Origin: Acaryochloridaceae cyanobacterium VAR_48_metabat_390
GTDB taxonomy: Bacteria; Cyanobacteriota; Cyanobacteriia; Thermosynechococcales; Thermosynechococcaceae
Reading direction: 5' to 3'
NCBI GenBank assembly: GCA_031422435.1
Contig: JANPLU010000103.1
Span: forward strand, 1 to 14,317
DNA: 14,317 nucleotides
In this document: one piece after another, positions 6,531 to 14,317 of the stretch
Position numbering within the stretch: position 1 is the stretch's first letter
Layout: every line of letters starts with the position of its first letter
Translations under genes and position numbers: made by a program
Notes under the pieces: generated by a model
Told to the model about the DNA's origin: nothing
Database searches by the model: none
What the model saw: the letters and a program-made list of their open reading frames with translations, nothing else

Positions 6531-6556
6531 AATCATTAACGCCACTATTAATGATT
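6531..6556. promoter_or_regulatory. Perfect spaced palindrome, candidate transcription-factor operator
   Basis: AATCATTAA (6531-6539) - 8 bp - TTAATGATT (6548-6556), ending 45 bp upstream of ATG 6602. Confidence 0.45.
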
Positions 6557-6601
6557 GCGCTGTAGTGTATAGACCTTAAGTTCCTCGTCTCTTATGCAGT
6601 C

Positions 6602-6991
6602 ATGGCATATTACTCAGGCCCCAACATCAGATTTAGCCATAAGCCAATCGGCGCTTATCTTGTCGAGGCAGGTTTGCTGTCTGAAGCACAAGTGGGTGTG
6701 GCATTGGTCGATCAGCAGAATATTGCCTCTATGTCCTTTGGTGAAATTTTAGTAACCAGAGGGTGGGTTAAAGAACAGACGATTGAATACCTGATGCAGA
6801 AGGTTATTATTCCAGAGCGAATTGCTGAAAAAAGCTCTTTTTCTGACCTAGAATCGAACTTAATCCGTCAAAAACCAAAATCCACCTATATTCCTGGCGC
6901 AGGCAACGGCTCCGCTCAAGATCTTCAGCGCTTTGCTTCAAAGGAAACGCTAGCGCAAACCAAAGAAGAAGGCGTGAACTGGATTGGGTAA
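6602..6991 (+). CDS. Small protein with an MshEN-like (GspE/PilB N-terminal) tandem motif
   Basis: PIGAYLVEAGLLSEAQVGVALVDQ fits the 24-residue RLGxxLxxxGLxxxxxLxxxLxxQ pattern; second repeat SFGEILVTRGWV. Confidence 0.75.
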   Translation: MAYYSGPNIRFSHKPIGAYLVEAGLLSEAQVGVALVDQQNIASMSFGEILVTRGWVKEQTIEYLMQKVIIPERIAEKSSFSDLESNLIRQKPKSTYIPGAGNGSAQDLQRFASKETLAQTKEEGVNWIG

Positions 6992-7046
6992 AGCAAGCTT
7001 ATAAAACTAAGTCAGTCTTTTAAAGCTTCCCGTAAGGGTTCTAGTG

Positions 7047-7862
7047 ATGCCGCAGATTTTACTAGCGCCTTACTCTATTTACTATGAGCTTCGGGGTGAG
7101 TCTTGTCATCCTAAGCTGTTGTTTCTGCACGGCTTTATGGGGTGCGGCAACGACTTTGATGCTATTGCTGATGCCCTTTTGCCAGAATTTTTCTGTCTAA
7201 CAATAGATTTACCTGGACATGGTCAGACGCAGGTATTGAACCCTGTCGGGTATGACATGGAGGTTCTTGCGCCTGCACTCCTCAACCTGCTGCGTCAGCT
7301 TAATTTTGCCCCCTGCCATCTCGTCGGTTATTCTATGGGCGGACGGCTGGCGCTGCATCTTTCTTATCTGTTTCCGCAGCAGTTTTTGAGCGTTTTATTA
7401 GTATCAGCCTCTCCTGGACTTGACACGGTCGCCGAGCGGGTTTTACGGCGATATCAAGATGCAGTTCTTGCCGCCTCACTAGACTCTGAAGACTGGCCTA
7501 CCGTTTTGATGCGATGGTACGAACAGCCTCTCTTTTCTAGCTTCAAAGCCTCTAAGTCTTACAACACCATTTTTCAGAGACGACTCCAAAACTGTCCGCA
7601 TCAGTTGGCTCAAGCACTTCAAGGGCTAGGCACAGGCGCTCAGCCTTCGCTCTGGAGCGCACTCCCCTCTTTGAAGATGCCAATGACGCTTGTTGTTGGT
7701 GCGCTGGATCTCAAGTTTGTACACATTAATCAACGCATGGCTGCTCAGATTCCGTTAGCTCAGCTTAAGATTGTTCCAGAATGTGGTCATGTTGTTCATG
7801 CGGAAAATTCGGCGGCATTTATAGTGGTGTTGCAGACTCACCTCTCAAAGGGTCAGAGGTAG
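7047..7862 (+). CDS. menH: 2-succinyl-6-hydroxy-2,4-cyclohexadiene-1-carboxylate synthase (alpha/beta hydrolase)
   Basis: FLHGFMG, IDLPGHG, GYSMGGRLAL, SASPGL, WYEQPLF, GTGAQPSLW, GALDLKF and GHVVH. Confidence 0.85.
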   Translation: MPQILLAPYSIYYELRGESCHPKLLFLHGFMGCGNDFDAIADALLPEFFCLTIDLPGHGQTQVLNPVGYDMEVLAPALLNLLRQLNFAPCHLVGYSMGGRLALHLSYLFPQQFLSVLLVSASPGLDTVAERVLRRYQDAVLAASLDSEDWPTVLMRWYEQPLFSSFKASKSYNTIFQRRLQNCPHQLAQALQGLGTGAQPSLWSALPSLKMPMTLVVGALDLKFVHINQRMAAQIPLAQLKIVPECGHVVHAENSAAFIVVLQTHLSKGQR

Positions 7863-7924
7863 CTCCATTTTGCGCCCTTTGAGGAAAGAGAGAAGTTGGG
7901 TGTCCTAAAATATTTTCAAAATAT

Positions 7925-7953
7925 TTGACATAGATTCTCAACTAAGGTAGATT
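7925..7953 (+). promoter_or_regulatory. Sigma70-type promoter overlapped by a Fur-box-like palindrome
   Basis: TTGACA (7925-7930) - 17 bp - TAGATT (7948-7953). TTGACATA-G-ATTCTCAA (7925-7941) resembles TTGAGAAT-N-ATTCTCAA, with a perfect right half and 5/8 left half. Confidence 0.6.
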
Positions 7954-8092
7954 TAATACAGCTAGATATTTGATACAAAGTTGGGTTACACCGCTTTTCG
8001 TTTAGAAAAGTCTTAGCGAAAAGTCTGGGTAAAGCGTCTTGTTTAAGTTGGGCAAAAGCTCCCTTTGATTTAAGAGGTCAAAATCAGTCTGT

Positions 8093-8695
8093 ATGAGTCA
8101 CACACGCAGCTTTCCTTTTCGTCTCGTCGGGCAGCTAGAGGGCTACACTTTAGGCAAAAGCGGTAAAATCCGTCGCCTTTTGATTAAGACGAACCAAGGC
8201 GAACACTCTATAAAGCTCTCCCACGCCAGTCGGATTGAGCTTTTGAGAAGTATTTTGAATAATTTACTTGGGCATGGCAGTTGGGTAGAAGTGACAGGCG
8301 TTCAAAAAATTGAGCTAAATGGCGTGGTTAAAAGCCTAAAAGCCGAACGTGTTAAATCTGCGTTGGTAAAGACTGCCTCGGCTTTGCCTTTAGTGTTACC
8401 ACTAGAGATTGCGCCGTGCGCCCAGGATGCCACAACCAAAATATTGGTTTGTCAAAAGTCAGACTGCTGTAGACGGGGTAGCGCAAAGCTACAGCGAGCG
8501 ATTGAGGCGGCAATCTGCGATCGCAGTCTTAGCAATCAGGTCTGCGTTAAGTCGGTCGGGTGCTTAAAGCACTGCAGTAAAGGCCCCAATATCGTCATTG
8601 GCAAAAAAGCCTATCGTGACGTAGCGCTTGAGAATATTGAGCATTTGTTGGATCAGCACTTTGCACCTTTGCCTGAAAGCATCCCAGCGGCTTAG
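8093..8695 (+). CDS. Protein with a C-terminal thioredoxin-like [2Fe-2S] ferredoxin domain
   Basis: ILVCQKSDCCRRG...VGCLKHCSKGPNI gives C-x4-C ... C-x3-C ligands; basic N-terminal domain. Confidence 0.85.
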   Translation: MSHTRSFPFRLVGQLEGYTLGKSGKIRRLLIKTNQGEHSIKLSHASRIELLRSILNNLLGHGSWVEVTGVQKIELNGVVKSLKAERVKSALVKTASALPLVLPLEIAPCAQDATTKILVCQKSDCCRRGSAKLQRAIEAAICDRSLSNQVCVKSVGCLKHCSKGPNIVIGKKAYRDVALENIEHLLDQHFAPLPESIPAA

Positions 8696-8734
8696 GCGGT
8701 ACAGTGAAAGCTGGTGATGTAGCCTGAGTTTTTC

Positions 8735-9319
8735 ATGACACCTTTAGCCCCTTGGCGGCAAGTTTTAGCGCGATCGCTCCACCGAAACCGCGCCCTCATC
8801 TATGCCAGATATTTTCAGCTTGCGACTATTCGCGCCGATGGGCGACCCGCGAACCGCACGGTGGTCTTTCGGGGCTTTTTGCCAGAGAGCAATCAGATCG
8901 CCATGATTACAGATCGCCGCAGCCAAAAAATTGCGCAAATTGAGCAGAATGCCGAAGCAGAGATTTGCTGGTATTTTCCTAAAACCCGCGAACAGTTTCG
9001 CCTAGCCGGAACGCTCTACATTGTGGATGCAGGGCACCTGATCGAAAGCTGGCAGAGGATTTACCATGAGATTTGGCAAAAGTTATCAGAAGCCGCTCGT
9101 GCCCAGTTTTACGGCATTGCACCTGGTCAACCCCTAGCATCAGGACTTATAGAAACAGAGTCTAAAGCTGAGTCAGATTCCATTCCTGAGTCGTTTCGAC
9201 TCCTCGTCTTTGAGCCGAAAAACTTGGATTACTTAGACTTAAAAGCACATCCTCACGACCATCGCTACCACTGGTTAGATGAAGCTAAAGAATGGCAGGC
9301 TGAATCACTTACACCTTAA
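8735..9319 (+). CDS. FMN-dependent pyridoxamine 5'-phosphate oxidase-like flavoprotein (Npun_F5749/Alr4036 family)
   Basis: LAPWR...RYFQLATIRADGRPANRTVVFRGF, TDRRSQK and EICWYFPKTREQFRLAG. Confidence 0.88.
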   Translation: MTPLAPWRQVLARSLHRNRALIYARYFQLATIRADGRPANRTVVFRGFLPESNQIAMITDRRSQKIAQIEQNAEAEICWYFPKTREQFRLAGTLYIVDAGHLIESWQRIYHEIWQKLSEAARAQFYGIAPGQPLASGLIETESKAESDSIPESFRLLVFEPKNLDYLDLKAHPHDHRYHWLDEAKEWQAESLTP

Positions 9320-9366
9320 ACGTCTTCCAATCCAGTCTAGGATTCAGCTTTAGAGCCATCAAAACG

Positions 9367-12153
9367 CTAGGCAGATTCCTGAAGCTGAGGCTGGAACTGG
9401 AACAAAGAGTAAACCACATTCCGACGAATCGCTGTCATCATGTCCAAGAAAGTCTCAAACCCTTCCTTTTTGTACTCCACCAGTGGGTCAAGCTGACCGT
9501 AGCCCCGTAAGCCCACAGACTCCCGTAGCGCCTCCATTTGTTGAAGATGCTCCCGCCACAGCGTATCAATCTGCTGCAAGATAAAGAACCGCTCCGCGTC
9601 TCGCATTAGCCCAGGCCGCATCTGCTCAATTTCATCCTCTTTCTTTTCGTAGGCTGTTCGCACCTGCTCATGCAAAAACATCTGCATTTCAGGCATCGAA
9701 AGCGTCGAGAAATCTTCCGGCTGTAAGTCTTCGAGCAGGTAAACAAACTCCTTAGACTTTGCCACCATTTCATCGAGCTTCCATTCTTCAGGCGGTAAAT
9801 CAGGGTTCACGTAAGCCTGCACAATGTCATCCATCGTCTGCTCAGCGTACTCAATGACCCGATTTTTGAGATCCTGCCCCTCTAGCACTCGACGACGCTC
9901 GGCATAAATCGCCCGCCGCTGGTTGTTCATCACCTCGTCATACTCAAACACCTGCTTACGGATGTCGTAGTAGTAGGTTTCAACCTTTCGCTGCGCGTTC
10001 TCTAAACTGCGGGTCAAAATACCCGACTCAATCGGCATGTCTTCTTCTACACGGAAGGCGTTCATTAGACCTGCCACGCGATCGCCCCCAAAAATCCGCA
10101 GCAAATTATCGTCCAAGCTCAGGAAAAATCGGGTGCTGCCAGGGTCGCCCTGCCGTGCGGCTCGTCCCCGAAGCTGGTTATCCACCCGACGAGATTCGTG
10201 CCGCTCCGTACCAATGACGTGTAGCCCACCTTCTCCAACCACTTCATCATGTTCTTGAGTGGTCACAGCCTCATACTCAGCCCGCACCGTATTGTAGGCT
10301 TCCCGTAGCTTCAGCAACACCGCGTCATCAATGGGTGCTTTTTCAGCGGCGATCGCCAGCAATTCTTCCGCCTGAAGCTCTGAAATACTTTGCTCCCCAT
10401 ACTCCTTAACTGCTACTCCCACCGCCGCTTTCAGCAGCGTTTCTGCCTCAGAAGATAGCTCTGTCGGAAACACATTAAGAGATGCTTTCCAGGTTTTGCG
10501 CAGTGTGCCGCTTGGGGCAGCGCTGCCTTCGCCAAAACCTTGAGGTGCCTCCTTCGTTTGGGGCATTCCAAACTCAATTACGCCCATAGGGTCGCCCGTT
10601 TCTGGCAGCACAATGCGAGGCATAAAGTATTCCCGCACCTTAAGCCGCGCCATGTAGTCGGCATTCCCACCCAAAATAATATCGGTGCCGCGCCCCGCCA
10701 TGTTGGTCGCAATCGTCACTGCACCTTTGCGCCCCGCCTGCGCCACAATCTCAGACTCACGCTCTACGTTCTCGGGTTTGGCATTGAGCAAATTATGAGC
10801 AATATTCTTTTCCAGCAGCAGTCGAGACAGCACCTCAGACTTTTCAACACTGGTCGTTCCCACCAAAACAGGACGACCCATTTTGTTCATTTCAGCGCAT
10901 TCTTCCGCAACCGCATTCCACTTTGCGTTCTCAGTCTTATAGACAACATCCGGCAAATCATGACGCTTATTGATGCGGTTGGTGGGAACCAGCGTTACTT
11001 CGAGCTTATAGATTTTCTCAAATTCGGTTTCTTCTGTTTTTGCCGTTCCGGTCATCCCCGCTAACTTGGGGTACAGCAAAAACAAATTTTGGTAGGTGAT
11101 GCTTGCCAACGTCTGGGTTTCATTCTGAATCTCAACCCGCTCCTGTGCCTCAATAGCCTGATGCAGACCATCACTCCAGCGGCGACCCGGCATCACCCGT
11201 CCCGTAAACTCATCCACAATCACGATCTCATCTTCGCGAATGATGTAGTTAACGTCTTTAATAAACAGCTCTTTCGCCTTGATTGCGTTAAAAATGTAGT
11301 GCGCCCAAGGATCCTCAGGATCGTACAGATCCGTAACCTTCAAAAGCTCCTCTGCCAACACAAACCCCTCGTCAGAGAGAATCACGTTGCGGGCTTTTTC
11401 ATCCACTTCATAATGCTCTTCTGGCTTAAGCTCCGCCGCCACATCAGATGCCTGAATATATTTTTCAGTGGGACGCTCTACCTGCCCTGAAATAATCAGC
11501 GGCGTTCGGGCTTCATCAATCAGCACCGAATCTACTTCATCAATCACGCAGTAATTGAAAGGGCGCTGCACCACTTCTTCCATCGACGTTGCCATGTTAT
11601 CGCGCAGGTAGTCAAACCCAATTTCGCTGTTGGTGGCGTAGGTAATGTCGCAGGCGTAATTTTTCTGACGCTCCAGCGGCGACATTGACTGCTGAATCAG
11701 CCCCACGCTCAAATCTAAAAATCGGTGGATCTGCCCCATCCATTCCGCATCACGACGCGCCAAATAGTCATTTACGGTAATGGCATGAACCCCTTTTCCC
11801 GTTAGGGCGTTCAGATAGGCCGGCAGTGTAGAAACAAGGGTTTTACCCTCTCCCGTCTTCATTTCTGCAATCTGACCATCATGCAGAATCATGCCACCCA
11901 GCATCTGCACATCAAAGTGACGCAGCCCCAACACTCGCCGCGAGGCTTCACGCACTGCTGCAAACGCTTCAGGCAGCAGATCATCCAGACTTGCCCCTTT
12001 TTCTAATCGCTGCTTAAACTCGCCAGTCTTGGCCTGAAGATCTCGATCAGAGAGCGCCTGAAAATCTTCTTCCAAGAGATTAATTTCAACAATATCTGGC
12101 TGATATTTCTTGATTTTGCGCTTGTTCGGATCGCCAAATAACGTTTTCAGCAT
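9367..12153 (-). CDS. secA: Preprotein translocase subunit SecA
   Basis: EMKTGEGKT Walker [32 protein letters not shown] and [13 protein letters not shown]; 928 aa with the cyanobacterial/plastid-type insertion. Confidence 0.99.
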   Translation of the reverse strand: MLKTLFGDPNKRKIKKYQPDIVEINLLEEDFQALSDRDLQAKTGEFKQRLEKGASLDDLLPEAFAAVREASRRVLGLRHFDVQMLGGMILHDGQIAEMKTGEGKTLVSTLPAYLNALTGKGVHAITVNDYLARRDAEWMGQIHRFLDLSVGLIQQSMSPLERQKNYACDITYATNSEIGFDYLRDNMATSMEEVVQRPFNYCVIDEVDSVLIDEARTPLIISGQVERPTEKYIQASDVAAELKPEEHYEVDEKARNVILSDEGFVLAEELLKVTDLYDPEDPWAHYIFNAIKAKELFIKDVNYIIREDEIVIVDEFTGRVMPGRRWSDGLHQAIEAQERVEIQNETQTLASITYQNLFLLYPKLAGMTGTAKTEETEFEKIYKLEVTLVPTNRINKRHDLPDVVYKTENAKWNAVAEECAEMNKMGRPVLVGTTSVEKSEVLSRLLLEKNIAHNLLNAKPENVERESEIVAQAGRKGAVTIATNMAGRGTDIILGGNADYMARLKVREYFMPRIVLPETGDPMGVIEFGMPQTKEAPQGFGEGSAAPSGTLRKTWKASLNVFPTELSSEAETLLKAAVGVAVKEYGEQSISELQAEELLAIAAEKAPIDDAVLLKLREAYNTVRAEYEAVTTQEHDEVVGEGGLHVIGTERHESRRVDNQLRGRAARQGDPGSTRFFLSLDDNLLRIFGGDRVAGLMNAFRVEEDMPIESGILTRSLENAQRKVETYYYDIRKQVFEYDEVMNNQRRAIYAERRRVLEGQDLKNRVIEYAEQTMDDIVQAYVNPDLPPEEWKLDEMVAKSKEFVYLLEDLQPEDFSTLSMPEMQMFLHEQVRTAYEKKEDEIEQMRPGLMRDAERFFILQQIDTLWREHLQQMEALRESVGLRGYGQLDPLVEYKKEGFETFLDMMTAIRRNVVYSLFQFQPQLQESA

Positions 12154-12328
12154 GATTCAAAAAGTCAGATCTGGATTTTTATAAACAAAAAACTGCTGCT
12201 GGCACCTTACAAGCCGCCCTGCAGCAAGAGAAATTCTAAACAAACAAACGTTAAGCGCTTCTACACAATCCTATCACTTTCAAGATGGCGCAAGGATTCA
12301 TCATGCCTAGAACGAGCTTATCCACGGT

Positions 12329-12517
12329 TTATTGACCAACCGTCAGACGAACCTGCTCCACGAGTTCAGGGGTTACAACAGAAATTTCAGAAGCCCGCGC
12401 GATTTCCTCAATGCGCTGACGTGCTTGAGACCGCGCAAAGAAAGGTACATTCTTAAGCTTTGCTTCTGCTTCAGGCGTCCAGCGTAGCTCATCAGTGAGA
12501 TGAAAGTCGTAAATCAT
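12329..12517 (-). CDS. Stand-alone PCP reductase (ChlB C-terminal-like) domain protein
   Basis: [34 protein letters not shown] ribosome-binding site at 12530-12526; start is ATG 12517 or GTG 12520. Confidence 0.85.
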   Translation of the reverse strand: MIYDFHLTDELRWTPEAEAKLKNVPFFARSQARQRIEEIARASEISVVTPELVEQVRLTVGQ

Positions 12518-12657
12518 CACGTATTCTCCTAGCCTGTTTTTTCTCCCACAGCCTGATTTAATCCAAATAGAGCTGAGGCAGCGTTTCCTTCATTGTCAGT
12601 CCCTGTACGACGGGAAAGGACCCTTATTCTTATCAAAGCATACTCAATCAATTCATG

Positions 12658-12691
12658 AAAAATGCTCCTGCCAAATGACAGGAGCATTTTT
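12658..12691 (-). terminator. Intrinsic terminator of psbDC (potentially bidirectional)
   Basis: Perfect 13-bp inverted repeat AAAAATGCTCCTG / CAGGAGCATTTTT with an 8-nt loop, 28 nt after the psbC stop. Confidence 0.85.
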
Positions 12692-12719
12692 ATAACCCAA
12701 ACCAATCAACAAACGTTAA

Positions 12720-14108
12720 CTAGTCAAGGTTTGGCATCGTAAGAACAGCTTCTGTATCACGATTAATCCCTCTCTCAAAACCTGCAACTGCCGCGCGAGC
12801 GCGACCTGCATGCCAAAGATGACCAATCAAGAAGAAGAAAGCAAGTACAAAGTGGGAGCAAGCCAGCCAAGCACGAGGAGAAACGTAGTTAACCGAGTTA
12901 ATTTCGGTTGCAACGCCACCGACAGAGTTGAGTGAACCCAACGGTGCATGAGTCATATACTCAGCCGCACGGCGCGCTTGCCAAGGCTGAATGTCGTTTT
13001 TGATCTTACTGAGATCAAGACCGTTAGGGCCACGGAGCGGCTCCAACCAAGGACCACGGAAATCCCAAAACCGCATGGTTTCTCCACCAAAGATGATTTC
13101 ACCCGTTGGAGAGCGCATGAGGTATTTACCCAAGCCAGTCGGGCCTTGAGCAGAAGATACATTCGCGCCCAGTCGTTGGTCACGCACCAAGAAGGTAAAT
13201 GCCTGAGACTGAGAGGCTTCAGGGCCTGTTGGGCCGTAGAATTCACTGGGGTAAACCGTGTTGTTATACCAAACCATACAGGAGGTGATAAAGCCCATCA
13301 GGGAGAGCGCACCTAAGCTGTAGGAAAGATAAGCTTCACCAGACCAAACTAAGGCACGACGCGCCCAGCCAAAGGGAGTGGTGAGAATGTGCCAAATGCC
13401 GCCAGAAATACAGATAAGGCCAACCCAGATGTGTCCACCGACAACATCTTCAAGGTTATCTACGCTGACAATCCAGCCGTCGCCACCAAAGGGAGACTTG
13501 AGCAGGTAGCCAAAGATAATGGCAGGGTTGAGCGTGGGATTTGTGACGACGCGAACGTCACCACCACCCGGTGCCCAAGTGTCGTACAAACCACCAAAGA
13601 ACATTGCTTTAAGCACAAGTAAAAATGCACCGCCACCCAAAATGCAAAGGTGGTAGCCCAAGATGGAGGTCATCTTGTTTTTGTCTTTCCAGTCGTATCC
13701 AAAAAAGCTGGAATATTCTTCGAGGGTATCTGGGCCACGAAGGGCGTGGTAAACACCACCTAAGCCTAAAACTGCGGAAGAAATTAAGTGAACAACAGCA
13801 ACGACAAAGAATGGGAAGGTGCTGATAACTTCGCCGCCAGCGCCGACACCCCAACCTAGGGTTGCAATGTGGGGAAGCAGGATAAAGCCCTGCTCATACA
13901 TAGGTTTTTCAGGTGTGAAGTGAGCCACTTCAAACAGGCACATTGCCCCAGCCCAAAATACAATCAGACCTGCGTGGGCAACGTGGGCACCCAGCAGCTT
14001 GCCAGACAAATTGATGAGACGAGCATTTCCAGACCACCAGGCAAATCCGGTAGACTCTTGGTCACGACCGCCTGCCATCACAGACGCATTATTAAAGGGC
14101 GTTTCCAC
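12720..14108 (-). CDS. psbC: Photosystem II CP43 core antenna protein
   Basis: [27 protein letters not shown] and [14 protein letters not shown] start at 14108 with GAGGAGG upstream, overlapping the psbD 3' end by 17 bp. Confidence 0.98.
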   Translation of the reverse strand: METPFNNASVMAGGRDQESTGFAWWSGNARLINLSGKLLGAHVAHAGLIVFWAGAMCLFEVAHFTPEKPMYEQGFILLPHIATLGWGVGAGGEVISTFPFFVVAVVHLISSAVLGLGGVYHALRGPDTLEEYSSFFGYDWKDKNKMTSILGYHLCILGGGAFLLVLKAMFFGGLYDTWAPGGGDVRVVTNPTLNPAIIFGYLLKSPFGGDGWIVSVDNLEDVVGGHIWVGLICISGGIWHILTTPFGWARRALVWSGEAYLSYSLGALSLMGFITSCMVWYNNTVYPSEFYGPTGPEASQSQAFTFLVRDQRLGANVSSAQGPTGLGKYLMRSPTGEIIFGGETMRFWDFRGPWLEPLRGPNGLDLSKIKNDIQPWQARRAAEYMTHAPLGSLNSVGGVATEINSVNYVSPRAWLACSHFVLAFFFLIGHLWHAGRARAAVAGFERGINRDTEAVLTMPNLD

Positions 14109-14317
14109 GGGGCAATACCTCCTCAGGGAATACAAAATGTTCGTGGGGCTGATCTTGAGGAGCCATCCAGGCTCTCAGACCTTCGTTGAGCAGAATGTTC
14201 TTCGTGTAGAACGTCTCAAACTCAGGGTCTTCTGCTGCCCGAATCTCTTGACTGATGAAGTCATAAGACCGCAGGTTCAGCGCAATCCCAATAATGCCGA
14301 TAGAAGCCATCCACAAT
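14092..14317 (-). CDS. psbD: Photosystem II D2 protein, 3' part (partial)
   Basis: [34 protein letters not shown]...[10 protein letters not shown]. Confidence 0.98.
   Translation of the reverse strand, partial: LWMASIGIIGIALNLRSYDFISQEIRAAEDPEFETFYTKNILLNEGLRAWMAPQDQPHEHFVFPEEVLPRGNAL

Larger units (their letters stand above)
4107..10356. repeat. HIP1 octamers (GCGATCGC), dispersed
   Basis: Copies start at 4107, 4695, 5460, 6344, 8517, 8770, 10078 and 10349 (found by eye, so some may be missed). Confidence 0.85.

Noticed and set aside
7844..7883. CTCAAAGGG/CCCTTTGAG inverted repeat at the menH end as a terminator
   Set aside because: 22-nt loop, overlaps coding sequence and has no U-tract.
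9367..12153. Insertion in SecA read as an intein or novel domain
   Set aside because: No intein splice motifs; the length and insertion are normal for cyanobacterial SecA.
14109..14135. Extended PsbC N-terminus (MYSLRRYCP) from the ORF track
   Set aside because: Cyanobacterial psbC starts at the GTG within the psbD 3' end (14108), which has a GAGGAGG ribosome-binding site.
839..14189. Remaining overlapping or antisense ORFs inside cysQ, the TA and TPR-like genes, amidohydrolase, dapF, flavoprotein, secA and psbC
   Set aside because: They are alternative frames of well-supported genes and show no motifs of their own.
12720..14317. Far-red (FaRLiP) psbD3-psbC2 cluster
   Set aside because: psbC is followed by a terminator, a PCP-reductase-domain gene and secA, not by psbB or apc paralogues.

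Overview
Cyanobacterial chromosome segment, supported by psbD/psbC, cyanobacterial-type Hfq and eight HIP1 GCGATCGC sites. The housekeeping backbone is: 3' end of an MPBQ/MSBQ-type methyltransferase, cysQ, M20 amidohydrolase, dapF, hfq, an MshEN-like small protein, menH, a thioredoxin-like [2Fe-2S] protein behind a Fur-box-like promoter, a PNPOx-like flavoprotein, secA, a stand-alone PCP-reductase-domain protein, psbC and the 3' end of psbD. The main anomaly is a ~2.55 kb accessory block (1295-3847) between the convergent stop codons of cysQ and the amidohydrolase. It carries several integron attC-like sites or half-sites, a Gly/Ala-rich membrane protein, an orphan wHTH/coiled-coil-like gene, a type II toxin-antitoxin pair, a probable gene remnant and a TPR-like gene, with no integrase in the window. 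It looks like a decaying cassette array (CALIN-like). All family calls come from reading motifs by eye and from recall; no searches were run.
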